Assembly (NCBI RefSeq): GCF_004010195.1
Contig: NC_057719.1
Span: 78,214,359 to 78,278,358 of the forward strand
Direction: 5' to 3'
DNA from: Chiloscyllium plagiosum
Taxonomy: Eukaryota
DNA: 64,000 nt
Under the pieces are notes generated by a model. It did not search any database. It saw only the letters and a list, made by a program, of their open reading frames with translations, and was not told the DNA's origin. The position numbers and the translations under genes are program-made. Within the stretch, counting starts at the first letter, position 1. The number at the start of each line of letters is the position of its first letter. Below are positions 1 to 12,046 of this stretch, piece after piece.

Positions 1-269
1 TAGTCATGTCTGGTTGGAGGTAGTCATCTCAGCTCTGGGACATCTTTGCAGGAGTTCCTCAGGGTGGTATCCTAGTCCAAATATCTTCAGCTGCTTCATG
101 AATGAACTTCCCTCCATCATAAGGTCAGAAGTTAGAATGTTCTCTGATTGCACAATGTTCAGCACTATTCACGACTCCTCAGATACTGAATCAGCCCATG
201 TCCAAATGCAGAAAGAACTGGACAAGTGACAAGTAACGATCACACCGCCCAAATACCAGACAATGACCA

Positions 270-413
270 AAGCGGCAGATTCAAACCACTACAACTGCCG
301 GTGGAAAGATCACAGAAGCGCTTCACAGGAGGCTCCCTAGCACTGAGGATGTCACCTAGACAGGGGACGAAACGTCTGCAACACAAATTCCCAGCTCGGC
401 GAACAGAATCACA
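270..413 (+). mobile_element. Solo Penelope pseudo-LTR insertion with 10-bp TSD
   Basis: acaatgacca at 260-269 and 414-423; same sequence follows a Penelope GIY-YIG tail at 28830-28950. Confidence 0.8.
340..379 (+). ncRNA. Minimal type I hammerhead ribozyme motif (family B)
   Basis: GCA-CUGAGGA-U-GUC(ACCUAGACAGGG)GAC-GAAAC-GUC-UGC: intact core, stem I GCA/UGC. Confidence 0.7.
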
Positions 414-1304
414 ACAATGACCATCTCTCATCAGAGAGAATCTAACTATTATCCCTTGACATTCAATGGTGTTACCATCATTGAATCCTCTGCCATAAAC
501 AACTTGGGGGTTACCATTGATGAGCAATGAATTGGACCAGCCAAATAAATATTGTGGTTACACGACAGGTCAGATGCTAGGAACCTTATAGACTTAAAAC
601 CACTTCCTGACTCCCCAAAATCTGAGCACTATCTACAAATGATGGAATACTCCCCACTTGACTCCAACAATACTCAAGAAGTTTGAAACAATCCATGACA
701 AAGCAGCCTGCTTGATTGGCACCACATCCACAAATATTCACTCCCTCCATCTCTATGCTCAGTAGAAGTAGTGTATACTGCAGAAATTCACCAAGGTTCC
801 TTAGACAGCACCTTCCAAACCCATGATCAATTCCATCTAGATGGACAAGGGCAGCAGACACATGGGAATACCAGAACCTGCATCTCCAAGCCACTCAGTT
901 TCCTGATTTGGAAATAAACTGTCATTTATTCAGTATCACTGGGTCAAAATCCTGAAACTACTTTCCTGAAGGCATTGTGATGATGCCAACATGGTAGAGA
1001 CTGCAGCACCTTAATAAGACCATCACCTTCGCTAGGCAAACCAGTGATAAGCAAGAAATATTGGCCCAGTCTGTAATGTCTATGTGCCTTGAGTGAATAA
1101 AAATAAAATCATGCCTCTCACAGTGCACATGGAACCCTAATTTTCAAGTTTCTCTTTCCGCAATGGTTTTCCAGGGATTGGAAAATCCAGCAGTAAAAGG
1201 AAGACACAAGATGTCAGTTTTACAAGCTCAATGCCTCTTTGAACACTGTTTGTGCACCACTTCTTCCTCCAATCACAGGTCGCCTCTTCTCCCAGTCAGA
1301 AACC

Positions 1305-1892
1305 TTCAGAGACGTGTTTAGCCTGGAAACAGACCCTTCAGTCCAACTCATCCATTCCGGCCAAATATACTGAATTAATCTGCTTCCATTTTCCAGCACT
1401 TGGCCCAAATCCCTCTAAACCCTTCCTTTTCGTGCACCCATCCTGATGTATTTTAAATGTTGTAATTGCAGCTTATTCTGTACACGCACCACCCTCTGTT
1501 TGGAAAAAAATGTCTTGTAGGTCTCTTAAATCTTTCCCCTCTCACCTTAAACCTATGCCCTCTAGTTTTGGACTCCCCTACCCCAGGGAAAAGACCTTTT
1601 CTATTTATCCTTTCCATGCCCTGATGATTTTATAAACCTACATAAGGTCACCCCTCAGCCTCCGGAGCTCCAGGGAAAATATCCCCAGCCTATTCAGCCT
1701 CTCCCCATAGCTCAAACCCTCCAACGTCCTTGTAAATCTTTTCTGAACCCTTTCAACTTTCACAACATCTCTCCTACAACAGGGAGACCAGAACTGAATG
1801 CAGTATTCCAAAAGTGGCCTCATCAATGTCCTGTACAGCTGCAACGTGACCTCTCAACTCCTATACTCAATGCACTGACCAATAAAGGCAAC
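1305..1892 (-). mobile_element. CR1 (HER1-like) LINE 3' fragment
   Basis: ORF 1638-1844 LYRTLMRPLLEYCIQFWSP...RRLRGDL. Confidence 0.9.
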
Positions 1893-2244
1893 CTCCCGAT
1901 TGTCTGGGTCTTCAAGATGCCTCCGCTGCATCCTTCTGTCATTGGTTTTCCACCCCGCCTCCTCTCCCAACTAGGTGACCGTTAGGCCAGTGGTCTTGGA
2001 GGCAAAGGAACTAAAATCTGCTATTGTTTTGCTGCTGGTAACATTAGAATTTTGTTCCATATCTGGCTTCTTTGATTGGTTTTGGCCTTCACTGCCTCCC
2101 ATTGTGTTTTGAGGCTGCGGAATATCAATAAATGCATTGTTATGCTAGTCATCTAAGTGCTGGGTTTGAATTGGTTTGTAACAAACTAAAGCAAGGATAT
2201 TTAGGCCAGATACCTGAGGCCGAATTCTCATTTATAGGGGAGAA

Positions 2245-2557
2245 AGAAACATAGTGGTAGGGTCACCGGCCTATAATCTAGAACCCGAGACCAATATTAA
2301 TCCTCCACCATGACAGCTCATGAAACTTGAATTTAAGTAATAAATTTGGGATTAAAATTTGTCTAATGGCGACAAAGAACCACTGTCAATTGCCGTCAAT
2401 ATCCATCTGGTTCACTAATGTCCTTTAGAGAAGTAAATCTACCATCCTTAACTGGTCTGGTTTGCATGTGACAGCAGGACACATGGGATCGGCTCTTAAC
2501 TGCTGTCTGAATGGGCTTAGCAAGCCACACAGTTCGAGGGCAATAAATGCCGACCCA
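2245..2557 (+). mobile_element. tRNA-headed SINE sharing its 3' tail with the CR1/L2-group LINE
   Basis: Same body as 7127-9555, 20477-20995 and 25372-25687 (ggttcactaatgtcctttag...gggcaataaatgc). Confidence 0.7.
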
Positions 2558-2862
2558 GTCATAGTCATAGTCATAGAGTGTACAGCATGGAAACATACCC
2601 CTTGGTCCAACCCGTCTATGCCGACCAGATATCCCAACCCAATCTAGTCCCACCTGCTAGCACCCGGCCCATATCCCTCCAAACGCTTCCTATTCATATA
2701 CCCATCTAAATGCCTCTTAAATGTTGCAATTGTACCAACCTCCACCACTTCCTCTGGCAGCTCATTCCATACCCGTAACCACCCTCTGTGTGAAAACGTT
2801 GCCGCTTAGGTCTCTTTTATATCTTTCCCCTCTCACCCTAAACCTATGCCCCCTAGTTCTGG
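2558..2862 (-). mobile_element. CR1 3' end with (CTATGA)n tail
   Basis: gtcatagtcatagtcatagag tail; RTRGHRFRVRGERYKRDLSGNVFTQRVV. Confidence 0.9.
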
Positions 2863-4082
2863 GACCATATGTGACCCATAGCCCACGGAATTTAAAAAAA
2901 AAGTTATGTTTATCTGGGCTCATCCTGGACTGAAACGTTTTTTTCAAAATTGGATGCTTGCTTTCAGTATTCAACACTATGCCAAGTCAATCAAACTTTC
3001 CAAGAAATTTCAGGCAAACTCCATTTCTGTACAATGTTTTCTTAAAACTGCTTCATTAATGGAACTGCTCCTGCAATGCAATATTTTAATTTTGAAGTTC
3101 AACTTTGAATGTGGAACTGGATAATGCGGTGAGTCAGACCTTACTGTGAGAAGCCACATGAACAACAATGTGTGGAGAACTATAAACTGAGAGAAGGAAA
3201 CCTCAGATGGTTTATTCAAATGACATCTGGACCCTCTCCATTGTCGAACAGGGACTCAGATGTTATACAGAGAATTATCTTAAATGCAGCGTATTTTGTT
3301 TGAAGTGACAATTTGTTCAGGTTGGAATCTCACACGCAGGACCTGTTTTTAAAATTGAATTTATATTATATAACACCTTAAATATAAGAAAATATCTTGA
3401 GGCGCTGTGTGGGTGAGGAAAAAGAAGTGGGAGAAATTCAGGAAAAAAGGCACTTAAAAGTGGAGTTTTAAAATTAAGGCAGATTTTTAAAACATCGAAT
3501 AATTTAAAAACAATTATGATCCCTTCATCATAGATTAGCTTTGCGCTCAATTCATGCTGATGCAGCATCTTCACAGAGCATCTATGGAAGTCTTGCTGCA
3601 GCAATTAAAGAGCAATTCAAATTGACTTGGATTCTGCTTCAACAGTGTAGAGGCTTGTTTCCAAATGTCAATAATTTAGGCTCACTTCATGCCAGATGGA
3701 AAATTGCACTCTTGGCATTGAGGCATGACCTTAAAACATCAGTGGAGTTTTAACTCAGTGGCAAAAGCTTTACTGCTAGAGGGCTAAAAACTTCATCGAG
3801 GCTGACTATTTGAAAGAGTCTCCAATCCAGTGCAGTAATTAGTCCTTTCTTTTGGCTTTCTCTTGCTGCAAATTCCAATGAGATTTGGATTCAATGCCAT
3901 CACCAGACTAAAGTCTACTTGAATGAAGGTCAAAGGATAAATTATTTCAAATCAGGTCAGCAGTAGCTGAATTTGTATTTTGAGAGAAATAGGAAGAGAA
4001 TGTAATGACATTTATAAAGAAGGACAACAGCCAGCACTTTAGCTCATCCAGGAAATTGTTATACTGGCTACAATTGAAATGG

Positions 4083-4197
4083 TTGAGGAGAAAGTGAGGG
4101 CTGCAGATGCTGGAGAAGGGCTTATGCCCAAAACGTCGATTCTCCTGTTCCTTGGATGCTGCCTGACCTGCTGCGCTTTTCCAGCAACACATTTTCA
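4083..4197. mobile_element. Penelope pLTR fragment with inverted 5' segment and 16-bp TSD
   Basis: gctacaattgaaatgg at 4067-4082 and 4198-4213. Confidence 0.85.
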
Positions 4198-5116
4198 GCT
4201 ACAATTGAAATGGCACCAAAATAGAATAATACTAATGTGTATAGAAAGAATTGCAAGCAGGATTTTCCACAGTGGGTCCCAGGCCTGCACCATGTAAGAA
4301 GGAACAGCCCACCAGCAATTTTTCATGATTGCCTAATTTGTTAGAAGAGGAAACATTTGCAATTCAATTAAGATACAAGCAGATACTCAAACCTGGAGAG
4401 ACAAGAGGAGCCAGTCTAACATTGAAGGAGCTGCAGTCTGCCATCGTGGTTAGGGGGAATAGAAGAGTCCTTCATTCTGAAGTATTCTCTTGGGAGTTGG
4501 TTTTAAGGAAATCTTTAGGGATTACGAATGTTTAATATGGATGAGTCAGCAGCCAGCACTTGGAAGTTCCAGTACTTCTCCATTTGTGACGCACACAATT
4601 TGAAACCCACACAATCAGGATGATTGGAAATGGGCACAATGATTTCAAGCATTAGTCTTGACGTATTCCTGTTCATCATTTTAACCAGGGACATTTCAGG
4701 CAAGAAAGGCTCACCTGCAAGAAACCTGCCAAAACAAGCTAACTAACCTGTGCTGAAACTGCAATCTGACTGTACAACTTGGAAGACTCACATAGCACCA
4801 ACGATGACACCAGTGGGAGGCAAATTGAAACGTCAAAAGGTGCTAAGGTGAAGGTTTTGCTTTTAATATCTGTGAGGATTCCTTGTGAACCCTAATTAGC
4901 AGGATCGGTCCCACCCCACCTCCTCCAACCCATACACCAGCCTTCTTTCTTTCTCCCCCATTGAAACTCAGCACTAAGTTTATGCTTTCCTGGCAATTCC
5001 TTGTTTCCACTTTTTGAGTAAGGTAATTACTTTCTAAGAGTGCAGGAAGTTTAGTCACAAAGGCTTATACAATGCTTTAAAATATTTACACCACACTTCA
5101 GCTCTCACCCTTAGAT

Positions 5117-5215
5117 ATTTTTAATCAACTGTTCAGGTGTGTTACAATACAGTTCCGGAGCAGGTGAAACTATGTTTCCAAGCTCAGAGGTCAGGACACT
5201 ACCTAAGCACCACAA
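5117..5215 (-). mobile_element. Short tRNA-derived SINE (related copies ~30370-30440 and ~59385-59462)
   Basis: Shared ...gagcaggtg...cagagg..ggacactacc motifs among the three copies. Confidence 0.45.
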
Positions 5216-5338
5216 GTACCGGTAGCATTTGACTGTCAAGAGCTTATGCTGAATCCATATTCAGACTTAACCAATCAAGCACAGTGAGCATAGATCAATT
5301 ATCAGACTCTCACAACCAAATACAGAACAAGCAAATTA

Positions 5339-6325
5339 TTGAACAGTGAACCATACAGCAACAACAATGTTCCCCTTGTCCTTACCTACCATCTTACCAG
5401 TATCCACATCCAGAAAATCATCAGCCACCATTTCCACCACCTCCAGCGAGATGCTACCACCATGCACATATTTCCCTTCCCTCTCTTGTCTGCCTTCCGC
5501 AAGGACCATTCCCTCCAGGACATCCTGGTCCACTCTTCCTTTACCCCCTCACTGCACCACAGCATCTTCCCATGCAACGACTGAAGGTGTAACACCTGCC
5601 CATTTTCCTCCTCTCTCCTCAGTATCCGAGGGCCCAAACATACTTTCCAGGTGAAGTAGCACTTTGCCTGCACATCTCATAATCTAGTTCACGGCATTCA
5701 CTGCTCACAATGTGGTCTCCTCTGCACCGAGGAAGCGAAGCATATTGTGGGCAACAGCTTCGCAGAATATCTACGTTCTGCCTGCAAAAATGACCCTGAT
5801 CTTCCATTTGCTTGCCACTTCAACACCCCAACCTGTTCCCTGGCCAACATCTCTATCTCAGGCTTGCTGCAGTACTCCAACGAAGCTCAGTGTAAGCTGA
5901 AAGAACAGCACCTCATTTTCTGCCTGGGGATCCTGCAGGCTTCTGGACTTAACATCGAATTCAATAATTTAGGGTCTGAACTCACCAATGTCTTAGCCCC
6001 CTACACCAGTCCTTGTTATCACATAGTCTGCCATTACACACAACCCACAGTTAGCCACTAACAGTCTCCATTAAAAGCTATTCACCCTCCCAGCCAGATC
6101 ATTATCGACTCCTTTGTCTGTCCAGCTGTTCTTCTGTCCCTTTGGGCTCTATCCTTACGTATTGTTTACTCCTTACCCCCTCCCCCATGGCTGTCATTAG
6201 TTCTGAGGAAGAGTGACCAGACCTGAAACTTTAAAGTTGATTTCTGCTCAGAGATGCTGCCAGACCTGCTGAGCTTTTCCAGCAACATCTGTTTTTGTTT
6301 CTGATTTACAGCATCCGCTGTTCTT
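5339..6325 (+). mobile_element. Penelope-like element 3' part: thumb/linker, GIY-YIG endonuclease and pLTR (decayed)
   Basis: PLVLTYH...AFRKDHSLQDILVHS, CNTC, CSQCGL, FAEYLRS...HFN...EQHLIFCLG..Q..GLNIEF; degenerate CUGAGGA...GAAAC near 6203. Confidence 0.9.
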
Positions 6326-6825
6326 NNNNNNNNNNNNNNNNNNNNNNNNNNNNNNNNNNNNNNNNNNNNNNNNNNNNNNNNNNNNNNNNNNNNNNNNNNN
6401 NNNNNNNNNNNNNNNNNNNNNNNNNNNNNNNNNNNNNNNNNNNNNNNNNNNNNNNNNNNNNNNNNNNNNNNNNNNNNNNNNNNNNNNNNNNNNNNNNNNN
6501 NNNNNNNNNNNNNNNNNNNNNNNNNNNNNNNNNNNNNNNNNNNNNNNNNNNNNNNNNNNNNNNNNNNNNNNNNNNNNNNNNNNNNNNNNNNNNNNNNNNN
6601 NNNNNNNNNNNNNNNNNNNNNNNNNNNNNNNNNNNNNNNNNNNNNNNNNNNNNNNNNNNNNNNNNNNNNNNNNNNNNNNNNNNNNNNNNNNNNNNNNNNN
6701 NNNNNNNNNNNNNNNNNNNNNNNNNNNNNNNNNNNNNNNNNNNNNNNNNNNNNNNNNNNNNNNNNNNNNNNNNNNNNNNNNNNNNNNNNNNNNNNNNNNN
6801 NNNNNNNNNNNNNNNNNNNNNNNNN
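6326..6825. other. Assembly gap (500 N)
   Basis: N run. Confidence 1.
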
Positions 6826-7126
6826 AAGTTTGTCAACTACATTAGTTCTCTTTTGTGGGGTCATTAATAATTGAAAAGTGTGAGTCCCAAAGTTCTAGTG
6901 GTCAATATAATTAAGACATAAATCTTATATATCAGTTGTACAACAAATTTCTGAGCCAGTTTTGCTTTTAAGGCTTTATTATCAAGGGAGTAACTGAAAA
7001 TCAAAGTAGTGTAGTGACTGACAGAGGAAAGAAACAAGGTCAAAACAAGCACAACACTTGATTAGCATTTTCAGTTTGAACACACAACATATGAATTAGT
7101 CAGCTGAATGTTACATTATCAGCATG

Positions 7127-9555
7127 TGTGATGGCTTTGTGGTATTATCTCTAGATTATTAATCCAGAGACACGGGTAATGTTCTAGAGATCTGGGTATG
7201 AATCCCACCATGGCAGGCAGTGGAATTTGAATTCGATAATACTCTGGAAATCAGAGTCTGATGATGAACATGAAAACATTGCCAAATGCCACAGTTCTCT
7301 GAAAATGGAGTCACAGGTAGACAGGGCAGAGAAGAAGGCTTTTGGCATACCGGCCTTCATCAGTCAGGGCATTGAGTACAGAAGTTGGGAAGTTATGTTG
7401 CAGTTGTACAGGACGTTGATGAGGTCACACTTGGAGTACCGTGTTCATTTTTGTCACCTTATTACAGGAAGAATGTTATTAAACTGGAAAGAGTGCAGAA
7501 GAAATTTACAAGCATGTTGCCAGGACTCAGTAGTCTGAGTTATCAGAAGAGGTTAGAAAAGCTAGGACTGTTTTCTTTAGAGCATAGCAGACTGAGGTGG
7601 GATGTTATAGAAGTGTATACATCCTCAGGACCTGATCAGGTGTACCATAGAAGTCTGTGAGAAGCTAGGGAAGTAATTGCTGGGCCTCTTGCTGAGATAT
7701 TTGTATCATTGATAGTCACAGATGAGGTGCCAGAAGACTGGTGGTTGGCTATTGTGGTGCCACTATTTAAGAAGGGTGGTAAGGGCAAGCCAAGGAACTA
7801 TAGACCAGTGAGCCTGACGTCAGTGGTGGGCAAGTTGTTAGAGGGAATCCTGAGGAACAAGATGTACATATATTTGGAAAGGCACGGACTGATTAGGGAT
7901 AGTCAACATGGGTTTGTGTGTTGAAAATCATGTCTCACAAACTTGATTGAGTTTTTGAAGAAGTAAGAAAGAGGATTGATGAGGGCAGAGCGGTGGATTT
8001 GATCTATATGGACTTCAGTAAGACTTTCGACAAGGTTTCCCAAGGGAGACTGGTTAGCAGGGTTAGATCTCATGGAATACAGGGAGAACTAGCCATTTGG
8101 ATAGAGAACTGGCTCAAAGATAGAAAACAGAGGGTGGTGATGGGGGGTTGTTTTTCAGACTGGAGGTCTGTGACCAGTGGAGTACCACAAGGATCGGTGC
8201 TGGGTCCACTACTTTTTGTCATTTATATACGTGATTTGGGTGTGAGGTTCAGAGGTATAGTTAGTAAGTTTGCAGATGACACCCAAAATTGAAGGTGTGG
8301 TGGACAGCGAAGAAGGTTATCTCTAATTACAATGTGATCTTGATCAGATGGGCCAATGGGCTGAGAAATGGCAGATTGAGTTTAATTTAGATAAATGCGA
8401 GGTGCTGCGTTTTTGGAAAGCAAATCTTAGCTAGACTTTTACACTTAATGGTAAGGTACTAAGGAGTATTGCTGAACAAAGGGACCTTAGAGTGCAGGTT
8501 CATTGCTCCATAAAAGTGGAGTCGCAGGTCGGTAGGATAGTGAAGGCGGCGTTTGATATGCTTTCCTGTATTGGTCAGAGTATTGAGTACAGGAGTTGGG
8601 AGGTCATGTTGCGGCTGTACAGGATATTGGTTCGGCCACTTTTGGAATATTGCATGCACTTCTGGTCTCTGCAATTCTGGTCTTTGCAATTCTGCAATAC
8701 TGATGTTGTGAAACTTGAAAGGGTTCAGAAAGGATGTTGGCAGGGATGGAGGATTTGAGCTATTGGGAGACGTTGATTAGGCTGGGGCTGTTTTCCCTGG
8801 AACATCAGAGGCTGAGGGGTGACCTTATAGAGGTTTATAAAATCATGAGGGGCATGGATAGTATAAATAGACAAAGTCTTTTCCCTGGGGTTGGGGAGTC
8901 CAGAACTAGGGTGTTGGCAGGTGGGACTAGATTGGGTTGGAATAGCTGGTCGGCATGGACGGGTTGGATCAAAGGATCTGTTTCTGTGCTATACATATCT
9001 ATGAGTCTCTGACTCTATACGATCACGAGAGACATGGATAGGGTGAATGAACTCAGTCTTTTTCCCAGGGTTGGGGAATTAAGGACTGAAGGGCATCAGA
9101 TTAAGGCTAGAGGGGAAAGAATAAAAGGGAACCTGAGGGGTAACTTTTTTACACAGAGGGTGGTACACATATGGAATGAGCTGCCAGCAGAAGTGGCTGA
9201 GGCCGGTTTAAAAGGCATTTGAACAAACACATGGATAGGAAAGGTTTAGAAGGATATGTGCCAAGTTCAGGGAAATGAGGTTAGAGTGGACGGAGATTTT
9301 GGTTGGTATGGACCAGTTTTGGCCGAAGGGCCTGTCTCTGCGCTGTAGGACTCTTATGACTCTATGTCAGGAAAAACCTATTTGGTTTATCAGTGTCCTT
9401 TAGGGAAGGAAACCACAATCATTACCTGGAATGGTGTACACGTAATTCCAAACCCACCATGTGATTAACTCTTTACTGCCCTCTGGGTAATTAGGGATGG
9501 GCAATAAATGCTGACCTGGTCAGCAACACCAACATCTCGTGAATGAATAAAAAAA
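7127..9555 (+). mobile_element. SINE split by nested CR1 elements (SINE parts ~7127-7285 and ~9366-9555)
   Basis: Head/body and tail join collinearly with the intact copy at 25372-25687. Confidence 0.75.
7286..9365 (+). mobile_element. CR1 3' fragment (7286-7620, 9019-9365) containing a second CR1 (7621-9018)
   Basis: Outer element breaks at gaagtgtatac and resumes gatcacgagagacatggatagg; inner element has NYRPVSLTS, DFSKTFDKV, GVPQGSVLGP, FADD and its own tail. Confidence 0.85.
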
Positions 9556-10253
9556 TTTAAAAGTACTTTCTGATTTTTCACAATCTCCAATATAATGTCC
9601 ACATCCATTAGTGAGCTATTCTTTGAGGATTTGTTTTTTAATGGTACCTAAAGAACACTTCAGATTAATTTGAAGCAGGGAAAAATTATTTCATAAATGA
9701 ACTTGGCCTTTACAATGTTTGTGAAATCATCTTAATGCATTAATCTCTAATTTTCCTAGTGGTTAAAAAAAAAGATGTTTTACAGTTTAATTCTTCACTG
9801 TTTTAACTAGTTAAAAAAAACACTGTATTTAACTAAGTTGATGGAATATTGAAACTTTCCAAATATTGGCTGGGAACAGTATAGTACGAGTACTATAGAT
9901 GGGTCAGTTTTTGTCCAGTGTGTGCAGGAGGGCTTCTTGACACAGTATGTAGACAGGCCAACAAGGGGCGAAGCCACATTAGATCTGGTACTGGGTAATG
10001 AGCCTGGCCAGGTGTTAGACTTGGAAGTAGGTGAGCACTTTGGTGATAGTGATCACAATTCTGTTATGTTTACTTTAGTGATAGAAAGGAATAGGTGTAT
10101 ACCACTGGGCAAGAGTTACAGCTGGGGGAAAGGCAATTACGATGCGATTAGGCAAGATTTAGGAAGCATAGGATGGGGAAGGAAACTACAGGGGATGGGC
10201 ACATTAGAAATGTGGAGCTTATTCAAGGAAAAGCTCCTGAGTGTCCTAGATAA

Positions 10254-10689
10254 NNNNNNNNNNNNNNNNNNNNNNNNNNNNNNNNNNNNNNNNNNNNNNN
10301 NNNNNNNNNNNNNNNNNNNNNNNNNNNNNNNNNNNNNNNNNNNNNNNNNNNNNNNNNNNNNNNNNNNNNNNNNNNNNNNNNNNNNNNNNNNNNNNNNNNN
10401 NNNNNNNNNNNNNNNNNNNNNNNNNNNNNNNNNNNNNNNNNNNNNNNNNNNNNNNNNNNNNNNNNNNNNNNNNNNNNNNNNNNNNNNNNNNNNNNNNNNN
10501 NNNNNNNNNNNNNNNNNNNNNNNNNNNNNNNNNNNNNNNNNNNNNNNNNNNNNNNNNNNNNNNNNNNNNNNNNNNNNNNNNNNNNNNNNNNNNNNNNNNN
10601 NNNNNNNNNNNNNNNNNNNNNNNNNNNNNNNNNNNNNNNNNNNNNNNNNNNNNNNNNNNNNNNNNNNNNNNNNNNNNNNNNNNNNNNNN
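10254..10689. other. Assembly gap
   Basis: N run. Confidence 1.
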
Positions 10690-10859
10690 TGAAAATGTGT
10701 TGCTGGAAAAGCGCAGCAGGTCAGGCAGCATCCAGGGAACAGGAGAATCGACGTTTCGGGCATAAGCCCTTCTTAAGAAGGGCTTATGCCCGAAACGTCA
10801 ATTCTCCTGTTCCCTGGATGCTGCCTGACCTGCTGCGCTTTTCCAGCAACACATTTTCA
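10690..10859. repeat. Near-perfect 170-bp palindrome of two inverted Penelope pLTR halves
   Basis: 85-bp arms centred on ctt|aag at 10774/10775, one mismatch seen. Confidence 0.9.
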
Positions 10860-12046
10860 GTATTAGAAATCCTGCAGAGTGTGAAAATAGATAAGTCCCC
10901 TGGGCCAGATGGGATTTATTCTAGAATCCTTTGGGAAGCCAGGGAGGAGATTGCCGAGCCTTTGGCATTGATCTTTAAATCAACATTGTCTCCAGAAATA
11001 GTGCCAGAAGACTGGAGGATAGCAAATGTGGTTCCCCTATTCAAGAAGGGGAGTAGAGACAACTCTGGTAATTATAGACTCGTGAGCCTTACTTCAGTTG
11101 TTGGTAAAGTATTGGAAAAGGTTATAAGAGATAGGATTTATAATCATCTAGGAAAGAATAATTTGATTAGGGATAGTCAGCACGGTTTTGTGAAGGTTAG
11201 GTCAAGCCTCACAAACCTTATTGAGTTCTTTGAGAAGGTGATCAAACAGGTAAATGAGAGTAAACCGGTTCATGTGGTGTATATGGATTTCAGCAAGGCG
11301 TTCGATAAGGTTCCCCACCGTAGGCTATTGTACAAAATGCGGAGGAATGGGATTGTGGGAGATATAGCAGTTTGGATCAGTAATTGGCTTGCTGAAAGAA
11401 GACTGAAGGTGGTGGTTGATGGGAAATGTTCATCCTGGAGTCCAGTTACCAGTGGTGTACCACAAGGGTTGGTGTTGGGTCCACTGCTGTTCGTCATTTT
11501 TATAAAAGACCTGGATGAGGGCGTAGAAGAGTGGATTAGTAAATTTGCAGACGACACTAAGGTTGGTGGAGTTGTGGATAGTGACGAAAGATGTTGTAGG
11601 TTACAGAGAGACATAGATAAGCTGCAGAGCCGGGCTGAGAGGTGGCAAATGGAGTTTAATGTGAACAAGTGTGAGGTGAATCACTTTGGTCGGAGTAACC
11701 GAAATGCAAAGTACTGGGCTAATGGTAAGATTCTTGGTAGTGTAGATGAGCAGAGAGATCTCAGTGTCCATGTACACAGATCCTTGAAAGTTGCCACCCA
11801 GGTTGACAGGGTTGTTAAGAAGGCATACAGTGTTTTAGCTTTTATTAGTAGAGGGATCGAGTTCCGGAACCATGAGGTTATGCTGCATCTGTACAAAACT
11901 CTGGTGCGGCCGCACTTGGGGTATTGTCTACAGTTTTGATCACCGCATTATAAGAAGGATTGGAAAGGGTGCAGAGGAGATTTACTAGGATATTGCCTGG
12001 TATGGAGGGAAGGTCTTACGAGGAAAGGCTGAGGGACTTGAGGCTG

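Larger units (their letters stand above)
1..1108 (+). mobile_element. Degenerate CR1/L2-group LINE 3' part (RT C-terminus plus tail), interrupted by a Penelope pLTR
   Basis: RT-like PNIFSCFMNELPSIIRSEVRMFS-DCTMFSTI; ends in gtgaataaaaa tail. Confidence 0.8.

Noticed and set aside
6166..6867. Long ORFs spanning N runs (also ~10.2-10.7, 13.0-13.9, 44.1-45.0 and 48.0-48.7 kb)
   Set aside because: Length comes from undetermined bases
10695..11939. 414-aa ORF as a novel RT fusion gene
   Set aside because: N-terminus is read-through of the pLTR palindrome; the rest is a truncated CR1 ORF2
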